Notes: generated from the sequence alone by a model not told the origin. A stretch of DNA of 64,000 bases from Candidatus Latescibacterota bacterium (GCA_965204375.1 OZ241986.1:2112001-2176000), one strand, 5' to 3'. Numbered from the stretch's first letter, positions 38,116-48,464 are shown. Translations and numbers: made by a program.

Positions 38116-39132
38116 TTAAATCTGATGCACCGCCTTGCGCTTCGCGCGCATACTGGCGTGCGATTCTGGCGACCCATCGTGAAACGTGCCAAACCAGTAA
38201 TCAAATGGAAAATCATTCTCGCCGTAATTGCACTCAAAATAGCGGTGATGCAACTGGTGAAAAAACGACGCCGCAGGCATTCTATCACTGCTTCCCACCT
38301 CAATTTTATCAAACCCCACATGTCCTTGCGCTGGTGTAAATGCCGCATGTTGTGCATTCATCAACATGTGAATCGGATGGGACGGCACCACCCAGTGAAT
38401 CAGAATACAGCTAAAATACAACAAATGCTCAATCGGGTGCATAGCCAGCCCGGACCAGGGTCCAATATTGATATTCTTGTGATGCAAATAGTGCGCGGAC
38501 TTGTACAGGGGTTTCCAATGGGTCAGACGGTGAACCCAATAAAAATGGAACAGCCGCCAGAACTGAATACCGCACAGCAACGCCACAAAATAAACCGGTT
38601 CTGTGCGCCAATCGACATAGGGAATTATCTCATTGGCAAATGCCCACATAGAAACCACTTCATAAGCCGTCCAGATCGTTCCCCCACTCACACAACTCCA
38701 AAAAATATTATCGCGCAATTGATTGCCCCACAAAAATTTGCGGTTCGATGTCGCGAGCCATTTCGACGTGTATTTATACCGCGTGCCCTGCGCCTTGAAC
38801 CTGTAGAAATACACATGCCACGCGCCTGCAATGACGATGAGCATCGCAATATTGCGCGCATACATCTCGGCAATCCAATCCACGCGGAATTCCGCACAGC
38901 GCTCGAGCGCGGGTTGTAAATAAAGCCAGGTACCAATGGCAATAAGCATATAAATCGCGTTCCAGGGCCACAAATAGCCCGGAAAACCGAACATCCACTT
39001 CAGTGCCTCAACAGGACGCGGGGGCCATGCAAAAATCGGTGCAGGCTCCGGGCGTTTTGCGGGCTGCCACTCGCCACTTTCATTCCGAGCAACGCCATCT
39101 ACAACTTCTCTCTCCACTCTGGTATCAGCCAT
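38116..39132 (-). CDS. Sterol desaturase / fatty acid hydroxylase family protein
   Basis: His boxes HRLTH, HYLHH, HQLHH; NYG...DYWFGT; TM segments. Confidence 0.9.
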   Translation of the reverse strand: MADTRVEREVVDGVARNESGEWQPAKRPEPAPIFAWPPRPVEALKWMFGFPGYLWPWNAIYMLIAIGTWLYLQPALERCAEFRVDWIAEMYARNIAMLIVIAGAWHVYFYRFKAQGTRYKYTSKWLATSNRKFLWGNQLRDNIFWSCVSGGTIWTAYEVVSMWAFANEIIPYVDWRTEPVYFVALLCGIQFWRLFHFYWVHRLTHWKPLYKSAHYLHHKNINIGPWSGLAMHPIEHLLYFSCILIHWVVPSHPIHMLMNAQHAAFTPAQGHVGFDKIEVGSSDRMPAASFFHQLHHRYFECNYGENDFPFDYWFGTFHDGSPESHASMRAKRKAVHQI

Positions 39133-39165
39133 TGTACACTCTCCTCAAATGGTTGAGACTACGTA

Positions 39166-39825
39166 CTAAATCCTCCCGCTGACCCACTGAATACCCCGCA
39201 TTAACACCGACTGAAAATTTGCATCCTTCCACGTCTGATTGTCGTGCCCACTCTGAAAGCAAAACACCCGCGTACCATTGTATTGTCGCGTCCAGCCAAT
39301 CGACTTCATACACGCCGGGTGATCTGTCGTCAACAGCAAATGGCTATCCGAATCTGGTTCACCCATCACATAAGTCTCATCGATCATCTCCCAATCGGAC
39401 ATCCCGCTCGTAATCGGATGATCCCCATCCTCTACCGCAATCCGCATCACCTCATCGTGGCTGAACGATTCAAACGATCCCGCCACAACACCGGCCATCT
39501 GCACCCAGGGATCCCAATTTGGAAATGCCAGAATCGCGTGGTGCAACAACACCATACCCTTGCCCGTTGCCAGCCAGGACTCCAGCGCGCTTAGCGGTCG
39601 CCCCATCCACCCGGGACGGTTCTCATCTGTCGGACCTTCCTTATGCATATTGTAAAACACAACCGCATCGTAGAAATCGCGCTCCTCTGCTCGTGGCGAT
39701 GCAAAATCCTCCAGAGACTGAATATAGGCATCCACGCCTTCAAGATTGCGAAACAACCCGTGAAAATTCGGCACATCAAAACGGTGGCCGCCGGTCACCA
39801 CCGCAACCTTAATAGAATCGCCCAT
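39166..39825 (-). CDS. ThuA-like (class I glutamine amidotransferase-like) domain protein
   Basis: VVTGGH, GKGMVLLHHA, DHPIT, DETY, WTRQY..RVF..SGHD, RGIQW. Confidence 0.85.
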   Translation of the reverse strand: MGDSIKVAVVTGGHRFDVPNFHGLFRNLEGVDAYIQSLEDFASPRAEERDFYDAVVFYNMHKEGPTDENRPGWMGRPLSALESWLATGKGMVLLHHAILAFPNWDPWVQMAGVVAGSFESFSHDEVMRIAVEDGDHPITSGMSDWEMIDETYVMGEPDSDSHLLLTTDHPACMKSIGWTRQYNGTRVFCFQSGHDNQTWKDANFQSVLMRGIQWVSGRI

Positions 39826-39847
39826 AAGATATCTCCCTTAAAATAAT

Positions 39848-41290
39848 CTATCTCCCTCGATTTGTCTCCCAAACGGGTCTTTCCTGCCACGGCTCAAAAC
39901 CTGGATTCTCCTCGGGAATTTTGGCTTCGATCTCCTCCTGCCATCCCTTCAGAAGCTCGTGCAATCGATCTCGTACATCGGGCAATTCATCGGAAAGGTC
40001 ATGCGCCTCGCCAATATCCTCTCGCAAATTGTACAACTCGACATGCCCGGATTCAAAAAACTCGATCAGCTTATAATCCCCCGCCCGAACAGAAGATCCA
40101 GGTGTCCCTCCTTGATTGCCATAATGCGGAAAATGCCAGAAAATCGCATCGCGCGCCAGATCGTCCCCCTTTAACAAAGGCGCGATACTCACGCCATCGC
40201 AATGCTGCTCGGGAATCAAATCCAGACCCGCCATTTCCAGTATCGTCGGATAATAATCCGTACTCGTCACCGGAATATCACAAACAGACCCCGCCTGTAC
40301 CACGCCGGGCCATTTGACAATCAGCGGTTCTCGCGTTCCGCCTTCATACATCCAGCCCTTGCCTTCAGCAAGCGGTGCATTGCACGTTGGCGAGCCTTCA
40401 CTCGTCGCCAGCCCACCATTATCTGAGGTGAACATAATCGCGGTATTATCGGCAATACCCGCAGCTTCCAGCGTATTCAGGATGCGCCCCACACTTTCAT
40501 CCATGCTCTCAATCATCGCGGCGTACACCGGATCGGACTGCACCTTCCGCCGCGTAATGCGCCTATCCTTTTTGTGTTCCCCCGGAAAAAAATCGCCCTC
40601 CTCAAACGGCTCAATTTTATCCAGCCCCATCTTCTTCGCTTTCTCCTCGTACTTCTCGATCTTTTCTCGCTTCGCCTGAATGGGCGTATGCACCGTATAA
40701 TACCACAGATTCAGGAAAAACGGTCGATCATCGCGGTTCTCGATCAAATTTATAACGCGATCCGTCAAATAATCCGTCAAATACGTATCATCCGGCACAT
40801 CCACATCGTCCAGCACTGGAATCGTCCACGGACTAAAATAACCCCCACGCCCGGGAGAACCGTGTTCGCATCCGCCAACATTCACCTCAAACCCGTGTTC
40901 TTCGGGATAAAACCCAGGTCCCCCCAAATGCCATTTGCCAACATGCCAGGTCGCATAGCCCCCATCCTTCATCGCCTGTGCAATCGTGCGTTCTTCATGG
41001 GGCAAATACCTGAAATAGGGCACATCAATCAACTTGCCGCGATTGGGATGATTTCTCCCTGCCCAATCGATAAAATTCGTCACCCCAACCCGCGCGGGAT
41101 ATTTGCCACTCATCACACTCGCGCGCGTTGGCGAACACACCGGGCACGACGCGTACGCATCCGTAAACTTCATCCCCTCGGCGCACAACCGATCCAAATT
41201 GGGCGTCTCGTAAAATTCACTTCCGTAACACGTCGAATCTGCCCATCCGTAATCGTCCAGCAAAATAAAAATAATATTGGGTTTTTTCAT
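39848..41290 (-). CDS. Cys-type sulfatase (S1 family), cytoplasmic
   Basis: KPNIIFILLDD, CSPTR signature, GKWHLG, SDNGG, YEGG; no signal peptide. Confidence 0.95.
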   Translation of the reverse strand: MKKPNIIFILLDDYGWADSTCYGSEFYETPNLDRLCAEGMKFTDAYASCPVCSPTRASVMSGKYPARVGVTNFIDWAGRNHPNRGKLIDVPYFRYLPHEERTIAQAMKDGGYATWHVGKWHLGGPGFYPEEHGFEVNVGGCEHGSPGRGGYFSPWTIPVLDDVDVPDDTYLTDYLTDRVINLIENRDDRPFFLNLWYYTVHTPIQAKREKIEKYEEKAKKMGLDKIEPFEEGDFFPGEHKKDRRITRRKVQSDPVYAAMIESMDESVGRILNTLEAAGIADNTAIMFTSDNGGLATSEGSPTCNAPLAEGKGWMYEGGTREPLIVKWPGVVQAGSVCDIPVTSTDYYPTILEMAGLDLIPEQHCDGVSIAPLLKGDDLARDAIFWHFPHYGNQGGTPGSSVRAGDYKLIEFFESGHVELYNLREDIGEAHDLSDELPDVRDRLHELLKGWQEEIEAKIPEENPGFEPWQERPVWETNRGR

Positions 41291-41338
41291 AATGGTTTCC
41301 TCGGCAGGCGGCACGGATATAGGGATAAAGTCCTGCGA

Positions 41339-42667
41339 TCATCGGAGGCGGCATACCGCCTCCTTGGCTATGTTGTACCGGCTCTCTCCTGTACGGCGGT
41401 AACGCTCAATCATTCGTTCACGCTCTTTCGTCGGCTGTGCATCGTAAACACGCCAGACTTCGGCTATCTCTTCAGAAGGGATTTCGAAATTGAGTTCCTC
41501 TGCGTAGCGGTGCATCCGTTCCAGAGTGGTCAGCGCGTATTTCCAGTTGACAAGAGGTTTCAAGAGAAGCACTTCTCGCCGTTGCAGCGAAAGATGGGCG
41601 AGGGAATGAATACGCGCATCCCACAGCCCGTTTGGGCGATGCTCAACGCCGATAGCCGAAATCGCAATATCAAAGCACCTGAGTCGAGCGTCGAGAGTCG
41701 GTGGCCCAATTTCGTGCGGGACTTCGACAACACGCCCCCGGATATTGAACGCATCGGCAAAGGGTGGAGCCGGAAGCAGGCGGGATCCCTTGAAGTTAAG
41801 CAACTTGATCAAAGTCTCGCGGTCCTGGCGCGAGGGCGTCCAGAGGTCCAGATCTTTGGGAGGCTGTCCCGTTAGCAAAGTCTTGAACGCGCCCCCGGCC
41901 AGAAAGAACCGGGCACCGCTATCTAAACCGATGGTTGCCGCGACTTCACGGCGTGCAAACTCAATAACGTCGGTCTTTTCAAGTGGGCAAAGGGGCTCCC
42001 GATCATTGCAGACCGCCTCAAAGTCTCGGTAGGCCGTATGCAACCCATCTTTGTCGTGCCAAAAGAATACGCCTTCGAGGTACCAGGGCCAGTCATCCTT
42101 TCCGAGAGGTTGCTTCAGTAGCCGCGCCGCCGTTGCAGTCACCACCGAGTCGTGCGTGACAAACAGATGGATTCCGGGAATGTCGCCCGCGACGGCAAGC
42201 ATGTGTTGCACGAGAAACCGCGCCGCTTCGTCGGACCGCGCCATGCCCGGCAATGGGTCGGCACCCGACACGAGATTCGCCATGACGCTTTCATGTCCGC
42301 GATCCACCCAAGCCTGTCCGGCGCGTTTATTATCAAGGACGTAAACACCCGGATCGCCGAGTAAGCGATCACGCACTATGCGACCATCGGCTACGTTGGC
42401 ACCGTCTCGAAGAACTTTAGCTGTCTGAACACACCGCAGGATAGGACTGGCGTGAAGCGTACGCAATCTGTCGCCGAGCATAGCTCCTAACTCACGGCCA
42501 AGCTGTCGGCCAACATCTGTGATTGGAAGGGTGTGGCCCGCATCCCCAAGCGGAAGATGGCCGCGGACCGAGTGGCGCAGTAACAAAACTATCGGACGGT
42601 TGCGTGGTATCCGATCAAGAATCGAAATTATCGAGTGCGGAATTCGCCACTGAATGCTATCGGTCAT
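41339..42667 (-). CDS. Histidine phosphatase - nucleotidyltransferase fusion
   Basis: LLRHS, SPILRCVQTA, VTHD (histidine phosphatase); C-terminal FLAGGAFK...PKDLDLW resembles the CCA/poly(A) polymerase-type NTase head; ATGA overlap with the upstream gene. Confidence 0.75.
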   Translation of the reverse strand: MTDSIQWRIPHSIISILDRIPRNRPIVLLLRHSVRGHLPLGDAGHTLPITDVGRQLGRELGAMLGDRLRTLHASPILRCVQTAKVLRDGANVADGRIVRDRLLGDPGVYVLDNKRAGQAWVDRGHESVMANLVSGADPLPGMARSDEAARFLVQHMLAVAGDIPGIHLFVTHDSVVTATAARLLKQPLGKDDWPWYLEGVFFWHDKDGLHTAYRDFEAVCNDREPLCPLEKTDVIEFARREVAATIGLDSGARFFLAGGAFKTLLTGQPPKDLDLWTPSRQDRETLIKLLNFKGSRLLPAPPFADAFNIRGRVVEVPHEIGPPTLDARLRCFDIAISAIGVEHRPNGLWDARIHSLAHLSLQRREVLLLKPLVNWKYALTTLERMHRYAEELNFEIPSEEIAEVWRVYDAQPTKERERMIERYRRTGESRYNIAKEAVCRLR

Positions 42668-44334
42668 TGCGCCACTCCCACTAACACTGAAACAAGCGAT
42701 TCCAGAGTGCGAACCTCTTCCAGAGCGAAATCTGCGTTATTGAGCAAGTGCTGGTATTCCCCAGTTGTGCGTTCCTGTCCTCCACCTGCCATGAGCAGAT
42801 GCAAACCGCACAACGCGCCGGCGAAGCTCATCTCGGGAACCAACATCTCGACAATGTAGATGCGTCCCCCGCACGGCAGGGCTGTTCGGGCATTTTGCAG
42901 TATCCGACTCGCCTTCTCATTGTCCCAATCGTGAAGGACGCGAGCGAGCACGACTGCATCGGCCTCAATGCCCCACGGCACGAACAAATCAGCCACATAC
43001 CAAGAAAGTCCTTTGCGTTCTCCTTGCTCGCGCACGGCTTGAGCAATTACCTCGGGACGGTCAAGGACAGTCACTTGGAGATTGGGATGCGTATTGAGCA
43101 GGAGGTTTGCCAGCACACCCAATCCACCACCGGCATCAATAATGCGTTCGCGTCCATGGAGACCCAATTCATCCGGCACGGCCGAATAGTCGTGCCGGGC
43201 GTAACTTTTTAGCATTCGATGATGCGCCTCGCAACGTTGTGCATCGAGGGCGACTTCGGCGAAAACATCCGGAGCGTTCCTGTTGCCATTGGTGCACAGA
43301 GCTTGTGGAAGCGAGGTCCACATTTCCGAAAATGGTCCTGCGTACTCAAGGGCCGCACCGGCCAGTGTGAGCGGGTGGTCCTCACGGAGAAATTCTCCGC
43401 GTATGGTCAGATGCCAAGTGCCATCCCGTATCGTAACGAGGGCTAACTCCCCCAGCGCACGGAGAAGCCGCTGGGCACCATCAATCCGCAAGCCGTACTT
43501 GTGCGCGATCTCGATATCAGATGCGGGGAGTGATTCAATGACGCCGAGCTTGACCGCGGTGGCGATGGTCTGAGTCCGCCAAAATCCGACCATGTCTCCA
43601 GAGAGTGCCGCAAACTCAGAGCGGCGGGATGAACGTAGTTCGACCACGGCGTCGCCTGTCTCATTGATGACCTCGAGTCCTCCGTCGAATCGTTCCACAC
43701 GGGCCTGGCCGTTGTAAAAGGGTTCGACCATTGCGAATCGGCGTAGATAGGCGGGTGTTCCAACGCAATCAATGTGCATCCACCCGGCTTCATCCCGAGC
43801 GCGTGCGAAACCTTTGTGGAAAACATCAAGATCAATGAACCATTGACCATGTACTTGCCGGCCATCGGCGTCAATATGGGTGGATCTACCATCCCTGGCC
43901 TGAACGACAGCGATGCCATCCCGATAATCGCCGGCATAGTGCCACTGAGCTTGATAAACCGGAATGCCGCCTCGTGCGATGTGGAAGTAAGAGCCACTAT
44001 TATCACGTACCGCGCATCGTCCTTCTTGAAAGTTGCCACACCAAGCATATCGCTGAGAGTACGCATCTTTGCCGGATGGATGAATATGGTGCCAGCCATC
44101 ATCCCCGATAACGGCAGCGAGGTTTTCGTAGAACCCGAACGTGCGCCGAAAACACCGTTTATATGCCGGACTGCCATCTGGACCAATATGCCATGCCGCC
44201 GATCTTCGAAGGACAGGTGCCAGCCCCGGCACACGGAACTTCAGTACCTCGTCAAATCGTTCTTCATAAGCGGGAACGCCTTTGGCTACGTGATGAGAGC
44301 CATCTGGTGAAATAGCCCAGGATTCCGGATTCAT
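42664..44334 (-). CDS. WG-repeat protein fused to a class II O-methyltransferase
   Basis: About six FxEGxAxV...WxHID repeats; dimerisation segment; IIDAGGGLG SAM motif; RVLHDW; GGQERT. Confidence 0.85.
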   Translation of the reverse strand: MNPESWAISPDGSHHVAKGVPAYEERFDEVLKFRVPGLAPVLRRSAAWHIGPDGSPAYKRCFRRTFGFYENLAAVIGDDGWHHIHPSGKDAYSQRYAWCGNFQEGRCAVRDNSGSYFHIARGGIPVYQAQWHYAGDYRDGIAVVQARDGRSTHIDADGRQVHGQWFIDLDVFHKGFARARDEAGWMHIDCVGTPAYLRRFAMVEPFYNGQARVERFDGGLEVINETGDAVVELRSSRRSEFAALSGDMVGFWRTQTIATAVKLGVIESLPASDIEIAHKYGLRIDGAQRLLRALGELALVTIRDGTWHLTIRGEFLREDHPLTLAGAALEYAGPFSEMWTSLPQALCTNGNRNAPDVFAEVALDAQRCEAHHRMLKSYARHDYSAVPDELGLHGRERIIDAGGGLGVLANLLLNTHPNLQVTVLDRPEVIAQAVREQGERKGLSWYVADLFVPWGIEADAVVLARVLHDWDNEKASRILQNARTALPCGGRIYIVEMLVPEMSFAGALCGLHLLMAGGGQERTTGEYQHLLNNADFALEEVRTLESLVSVLVGVAQ

Positions 44335-46682
44335 GGTGTTTCTCCCGCAGGTTTACGCATGTTGCAACCGAGGCAAAGGGACCGGTTGCGGTACGTTGCT
44401 CTGAGCTCGCGGTAGGCATCGCTGTTCCATATCTCCATCAGTCCTTGCTCGTGCAGATTGCCAAATTCGCCCAATGTGCGGCGTTGGGCATCTGGAGCAC
44501 AGCACGGATCAAAGCGCCCCATCGCGCTTACCCAGGCCTCCTGCCCCAAAAATGGACATGGTCCGCCGGGGGCGAGATCGTCCACTGCATCTTCGTCGAG
44601 TGGGAGGATGTTCTCGAGCAGAATGTATTGTCCGTTTGGAAGCGTGCGTTCCTCGGCCACTTTCTGCGCCTTGAGTACCGCCTCGTTCCACCGGCGAATG
44701 GCCGCGGGATCGCGGCGCATGGATTGCTTTTTGATCTCGTCGAAGTGGATCCACAGGTGGTGCCCTTTCACGCGGTCCACGCCAAGGTCAATAGCGAGCC
44801 TCACCGTATCGGCGAGTTCCACCACATTGGCTTCCAGAAAAGTCAGTTGAAAGGTGACGCGACAACGATTGCCGCCGAGGGCCGCGTGTGCGTTTCTCAC
44901 CGCGATGAATGTCCGTGCGTTTTCCAGCACCTTCTCCCAGTTGGCACCGATCATGATGGTCTCCTGCGTCTCTTTTGTCGAGCCATTCCACGAGATTTTG
45001 ACATCCGATGTCACAGGCACGATTAACTCTGCCCATCTGCGTGCGCCAAGGCGCGGAAAGGTGCCATTCGTCGTGAGATTGAGCCAAATACCGTAGCGTT
45101 TACAAAGATCGAGAATGTCCTCGAATTGATCGTAGAGCAACGGTTCACCCATTGTTGATGGGATGATCTCCTCAAGGCCGTGTGGAGCCGCATCCGCGAC
45201 AACCCGCTCAATTACCTCAAAGGGCATCAGTCGCCTTGGCCGCCTCTCGGCCCTCCTCTGGTCCTGAAGCGGACTGTATGGTGAGTGCTCCTCGCACATA
45301 ATGCAGCGGAGATTGCAGGTGTCCGGGTTCGTGTCGAAGGTGATTCTCCAGGGTCCCTTCCGCTGCTGAACATGCGCGCTATTCTGCCGTTTCAACACTT
45401 TGTCGTAAAGTGCCTCAACTTGGCGAACATGCGTCTCAATATCTGGCACATCTCCTGTCTCGCTATACAAATAGCCCTTCGCGCCGATATCGGCGGCAAG
45501 TTCAGGCTCATCAACGAATCGCTGCATCTGTTCGGCGAGTGAGGTAGCGGAGCGATGCTCAAACAAAAGGCCGTTTACCTCGTGATGAACATACTCTCTC
45601 ATGCCGCCTGCGTTGGCAGTGATGACTGGCACGCGGGCCTGTTGCGCTTCGTGAATGACCAGCGGCGAGTTTTCCACCCAAACCGAAGGTACGACGATTG
45701 CGTCGCAACGATTAAAAACATCGCGCACAATATTCCAATTTTTGTATTCGGCCATCCATTCGATGCGTCCATCCAAGCACTCGGGCAATGAGCCCGTCAT
45801 CGCTTTCAGTGCAGCAGTGTCTTGTCCACTCGAGCGTCCCCAGATGCGTAAGCAGGCATCTCCGTGAATGGTACTGAACGCAGAAATGAGATTGTGAATG
45901 CCTTTGGCCGGAATATGCGTTCCAATATAGCCAAAGGTAAATGGTTCGCCGGGTATTCGATTGCGCCCCACCATCCGGTTCTGGTCAAAACCATAGTCGA
46001 GATAAACAAGTTTGCGTTCCGGTAAATCGAAATCGTCACAGAAACGGGCACGGAGATAGCGAGCTGGCGCGATAAAAAGATCAACCAATTCGACCATTTC
46101 ACGCACATGCCGCATGCGCCGTCCGACCCAGTCGGTCCAGTAGGCGACATCGGCCTCGTATTCATCGGGCGCACCGCTGAAGTAGCGGGCATAGCAACGC
46201 TCGGCACACTTGCGATCAACTTGTCCATCACAAGCGGCCCAGAGATTGTTCGGATCCTCTGGAAACATTTGCATGAACTGACCGCGGGGGCACATTAGCC
46301 AGTAGTCGTGCAGGGTGAAGATAATTGGAACTTCCTGCTGTGCCGCTTCGCGGACCAGCGAGGTCGAAAGATGGTTGAGGTGACCAATATGCACGATATG
46401 GGGCTGCAACCGATCCAGCAATCCGGCAAAGCACTGGTCAACGCCATCGGCCCGGTATCGATCCTTGAAACGGGGATTGTTGACAAGGTGCAACGTAACC
46501 CTGGGGTCTTCCGCATCCTGTTCCACACGCAAATGGAAGTCTGGCACAAAGGGATTTTCTTCTCGAGTGAAGACGTGTACCTCGTGACGGTCTGCGAGCC
46601 CTTGGCACAACATCTGGCTATACACCTCTGATCCAGCGTTATAGCGCATCGGATAGCCATGAATGACTTTCAGAATTTTCAC
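44331..46682 (-). CDS. GT4 glycosyltransferase - radical SAM/Twitch fusion
   Basis: GTG start after GGAGG; TLHDYW, PSVWVENSPLVIHEA (GT-B/GT4); CNLRCIMC radical SAM motif; GEPL; CPFL...PCC...GNL...IWNS...CLGC Twitch/SPASM domain. Confidence 0.9.
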   Translation of the reverse strand: MKILKVIHGYPMRYNAGSEVYSQMLCQGLADRHEVHVFTREENPFVPDFHLRVEQDAEDPRVTLHLVNNPRFKDRYRADGVDQCFAGLLDRLQPHIVHIGHLNHLSTSLVREAAQQEVPIIFTLHDYWLMCPRGQFMQMFPEDPNNLWAACDGQVDRKCAERCYARYFSGAPDEYEADVAYWTDWVGRRMRHVREMVELVDLFIAPARYLRARFCDDFDLPERKLVYLDYGFDQNRMVGRNRIPGEPFTFGYIGTHIPAKGIHNLISAFSTIHGDACLRIWGRSSGQDTAALKAMTGSLPECLDGRIEWMAEYKNWNIVRDVFNRCDAIVVPSVWVENSPLVIHEAQQARVPVITANAGGMREYVHHEVNGLLFEHRSATSLAEQMQRFVDEPELAADIGAKGYLYSETGDVPDIETHVRQVEALYDKVLKRQNSAHVQQRKGPWRITFDTNPDTCNLRCIMCEEHSPYSPLQDQRRAERRPRRLMPFEVIERVVADAAPHGLEEIIPSTMGEPLLYDQFEDILDLCKRYGIWLNLTTNGTFPRLGARRWAELIVPVTSDVKISWNGSTKETQETIMIGANWEKVLENARTFIAVRNAHAALGGNRCRVTFQLTFLEANVVELADTVRLAIDLGVDRVKGHHLWIHFDEIKKQSMRRDPAAIRRWNEAVLKAQKVAEERTLPNGQYILLENILPLDEDAVDDLAPGGPCPFLGQEAWVSAMGRFDPCCAPDAQRRTLGEFGNLHEQGLMEIWNSDAYRELRATYRNRSLCLGCNMRKPAGETP

Positions 46683-46748
46683 AGTACTTTCCTCCCGTCG
46701 TGTGACATACCAATATCTGTCCGGAATGACTCGGTGATCTCTTATGCT

Positions 46749-47099
46749 TTAATCTCTATTTACCTCAAATAGGCCAAGAAGCCTACTTGCAACTACCGTC
46801 TGTATATCACGCGGTAATATGCCTAATTCTCTCAAAATAAGTGATGTTCTAACAGTTACCACTCTATGCAGTCTGATAGCTGATGTCACTCGCAATCCCG
46901 TTAAAGAAAATTCAGGATGATCAGATCTGATCACCACATCAGAATCTTGTAATTCCACGGGAAAACGACTCGTGATAAATGCCAGAACAACATAGCGATA
47001 TTGCCCAACAGGATTTGTCAGACATAATGCAGGTCGCACTTTAGTCGCCGAGAAATCGTCAAAAGGAAACCGCACCAGAACGATCTTACCCCTCGTCAT
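46749..47099 (-). CDS. PemK/MazF-family toxin
   Basis: MTRGKIVLVRFPFDD...KVRPALCL...LAFITS...GLRVTSAIR; overlaps the upstream small gene. Confidence 0.9.
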   Translation of the reverse strand: MTRGKIVLVRFPFDDFSATKVRPALCLTNPVGQYRYVVLAFITSRFPVELQDSDVVIRSDHPEFSLTGLRVTSAIRLHRVVTVRTSLILRELGILPRDIQTVVASRLLGLFEVNRD

Positions 47100-47331
47100 A
47101 AAATGGCTTTCCATCGGAAAGGGTGTAAATATCCTCTTCAGGGTGCTTGAGAAAGTCAAAAGCGGGATTCTTTGATGCTGCCGACAGCCATTCGCGCTCG
47201 CCTATTTCGTCATTTTCATCTATCAGCACGATAACCCGAACAACGCCTGGTTTGACAGCACCCAATGGCTCATCCAATTGTAGATGGCCTTCAGCATCAA
47301 TCCTACCACTGACTTCAACAACTCTACTCAT
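47086..47331 (-). CDS. Putative antitoxin of the PemK/MazF toxin
   Basis: 81-aa acidic protein directly upstream of and overlapping the toxin; C-terminal AFDFL..EEDIY. Confidence 0.7.
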   Translation of the reverse strand: MSRVVEVSGRIDAEGHLQLDEPLGAVKPGVVRVIVLIDENDEIGEREWLSAASKNPAFDFLKHPEEDIYTLSDGKPFYDEG

Positions 47332-47368
47332 TTTTTCCCCCGCATTTATTATTTTACTCGCATGCCCT

Positions 47369-48361
47369 TCATATCTCCACATCCACACTCTTGCCAGAAG
47401 CACCTGACTCGCGTGCAGCGTGCAACACCTGCATCACCCACAAACCGTGTTCAGCGGTAATAATCAACTCCTCGCCCTCGCGCAAATGCCGCGCGATATT
47501 CGCGTGCAGATTTTCGCGCGGCACCGCATCCGTGCGCACTTCCTCAGAATCTTCACCATAGACCGTAACCTCGCCACCGCCCCCACGCTCGCACACAAGC
47601 GTGGCTTCCGTGCCCAAAACAACCCACTTATACGGCAGAGAATAAAAAGAAATATCCGCCTTGGCAGCACGCGCGCGCACCCCATTGTCAAACACCATCA
47701 CAATATCAAACAAATCGTCTGAATCGCCCCACTTCGTATGCCGCACATCGGCAAATACCGATACCACCTTGTGACCCGACATCAAATCGATAATCTGCTC
47801 GACCCAGTGCGGACCAAAATCCAGCAACGTTCCCCCACCCGCCGCGGCTGTCACGCGCCATTGTTGATTGTAATCGGGCACGCCAAAACCCACAGCGGGA
47901 CGCGCCCCCATTGTGCGATTCTCAAGCGCAACAATCTCGCCAACTGCGCCATCTAAAACCGCGTGCTTCACCAGGCAATAATCGCGGTCGTAATGCCGGT
48001 TGTGGTGCATCGTCAACACCACGCCATTCTCTCTGGCCGCCTGCACCATTTCCTCGGCCTCTAGCCCGGTCAGTGACATCGGTTTCTCAATTAGCATGTG
48101 CTTCTTCGCCGCCGCCACCTTGAGCGCATCCGCATAATGCGCCGCCGAATGCGTCGCAATCAAAACCAGTTCGATATCCCAACCGAGAAATTCATCGAGA
48201 TTATCGGTCGCACGCAGGCCCTCGGCAACCGCCTCTTCCCGCCTGGATTCCGTAATATCGCACACACCCACCACATCGTACAACCCCGTCTCGCGCATTG
48301 TTCTCAGATGACCGCCAGCCACCCGCCCAAATCCAATAATACCCGCCTTAATCTTTTCCAT
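47369..48361 (-). CDS. Gfo/Idh/MocA family oxidoreductase
   Basis: KAGIIGFGRVA, HMLIEKP, HNRHYD, GGGTLLDFGPH. Confidence 0.92.
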   Translation of the reverse strand: MEKIKAGIIGFGRVAGGHLRTMRETGLYDVVGVCDITESRREEAVAEGLRATDNLDEFLGWDIELVLIATHSAAHYADALKVAAAKKHMLIEKPMSLTGLEAEEMVQAARENGVVLTMHHNRHYDRDYCLVKHAVLDGAVGEIVALENRTMGARPAVGFGVPDYNQQWRVTAAAGGGTLLDFGPHWVEQIIDLMSGHKVVSVFADVRHTKWGDSDDLFDIVMVFDNGVRARAAKADISFYSLPYKWVVLGTEATLVCERGGGGEVTVYGEDSEEVRTDAVPRENLHANIARHLREGEELIITAEHGLWVMQVLHAARESGASGKSVDVEI

Positions 48362-48442
48362 TTATTTTTCCTCATCATCTCCGTATTCTTCACCGCGATA
48401 AGCCGCGCGCAACTCCGCGATATTGGTCGCCTTCACAACGCG
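48342..48442. repeat. Direct repeat copy (rraA 3' stub + gfo start)
   Basis: About 100 bp with about 6 differences from 49573-49672. Confidence 0.95.
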
Positions 48443-48464
48443 TGCATGAACTGTCTCGTTGGAT

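Noticed and set aside
44331-45360. Prokaryotic viperin or anaerobic sulfatase maturase
   Set aside because: Sequence around CxxxCxxC does not resemble the viperin NxHxxxxCNxxCxFC pattern, and the short Twitch-type C-terminus lacks the Cys-rich full SPASM of anSME.
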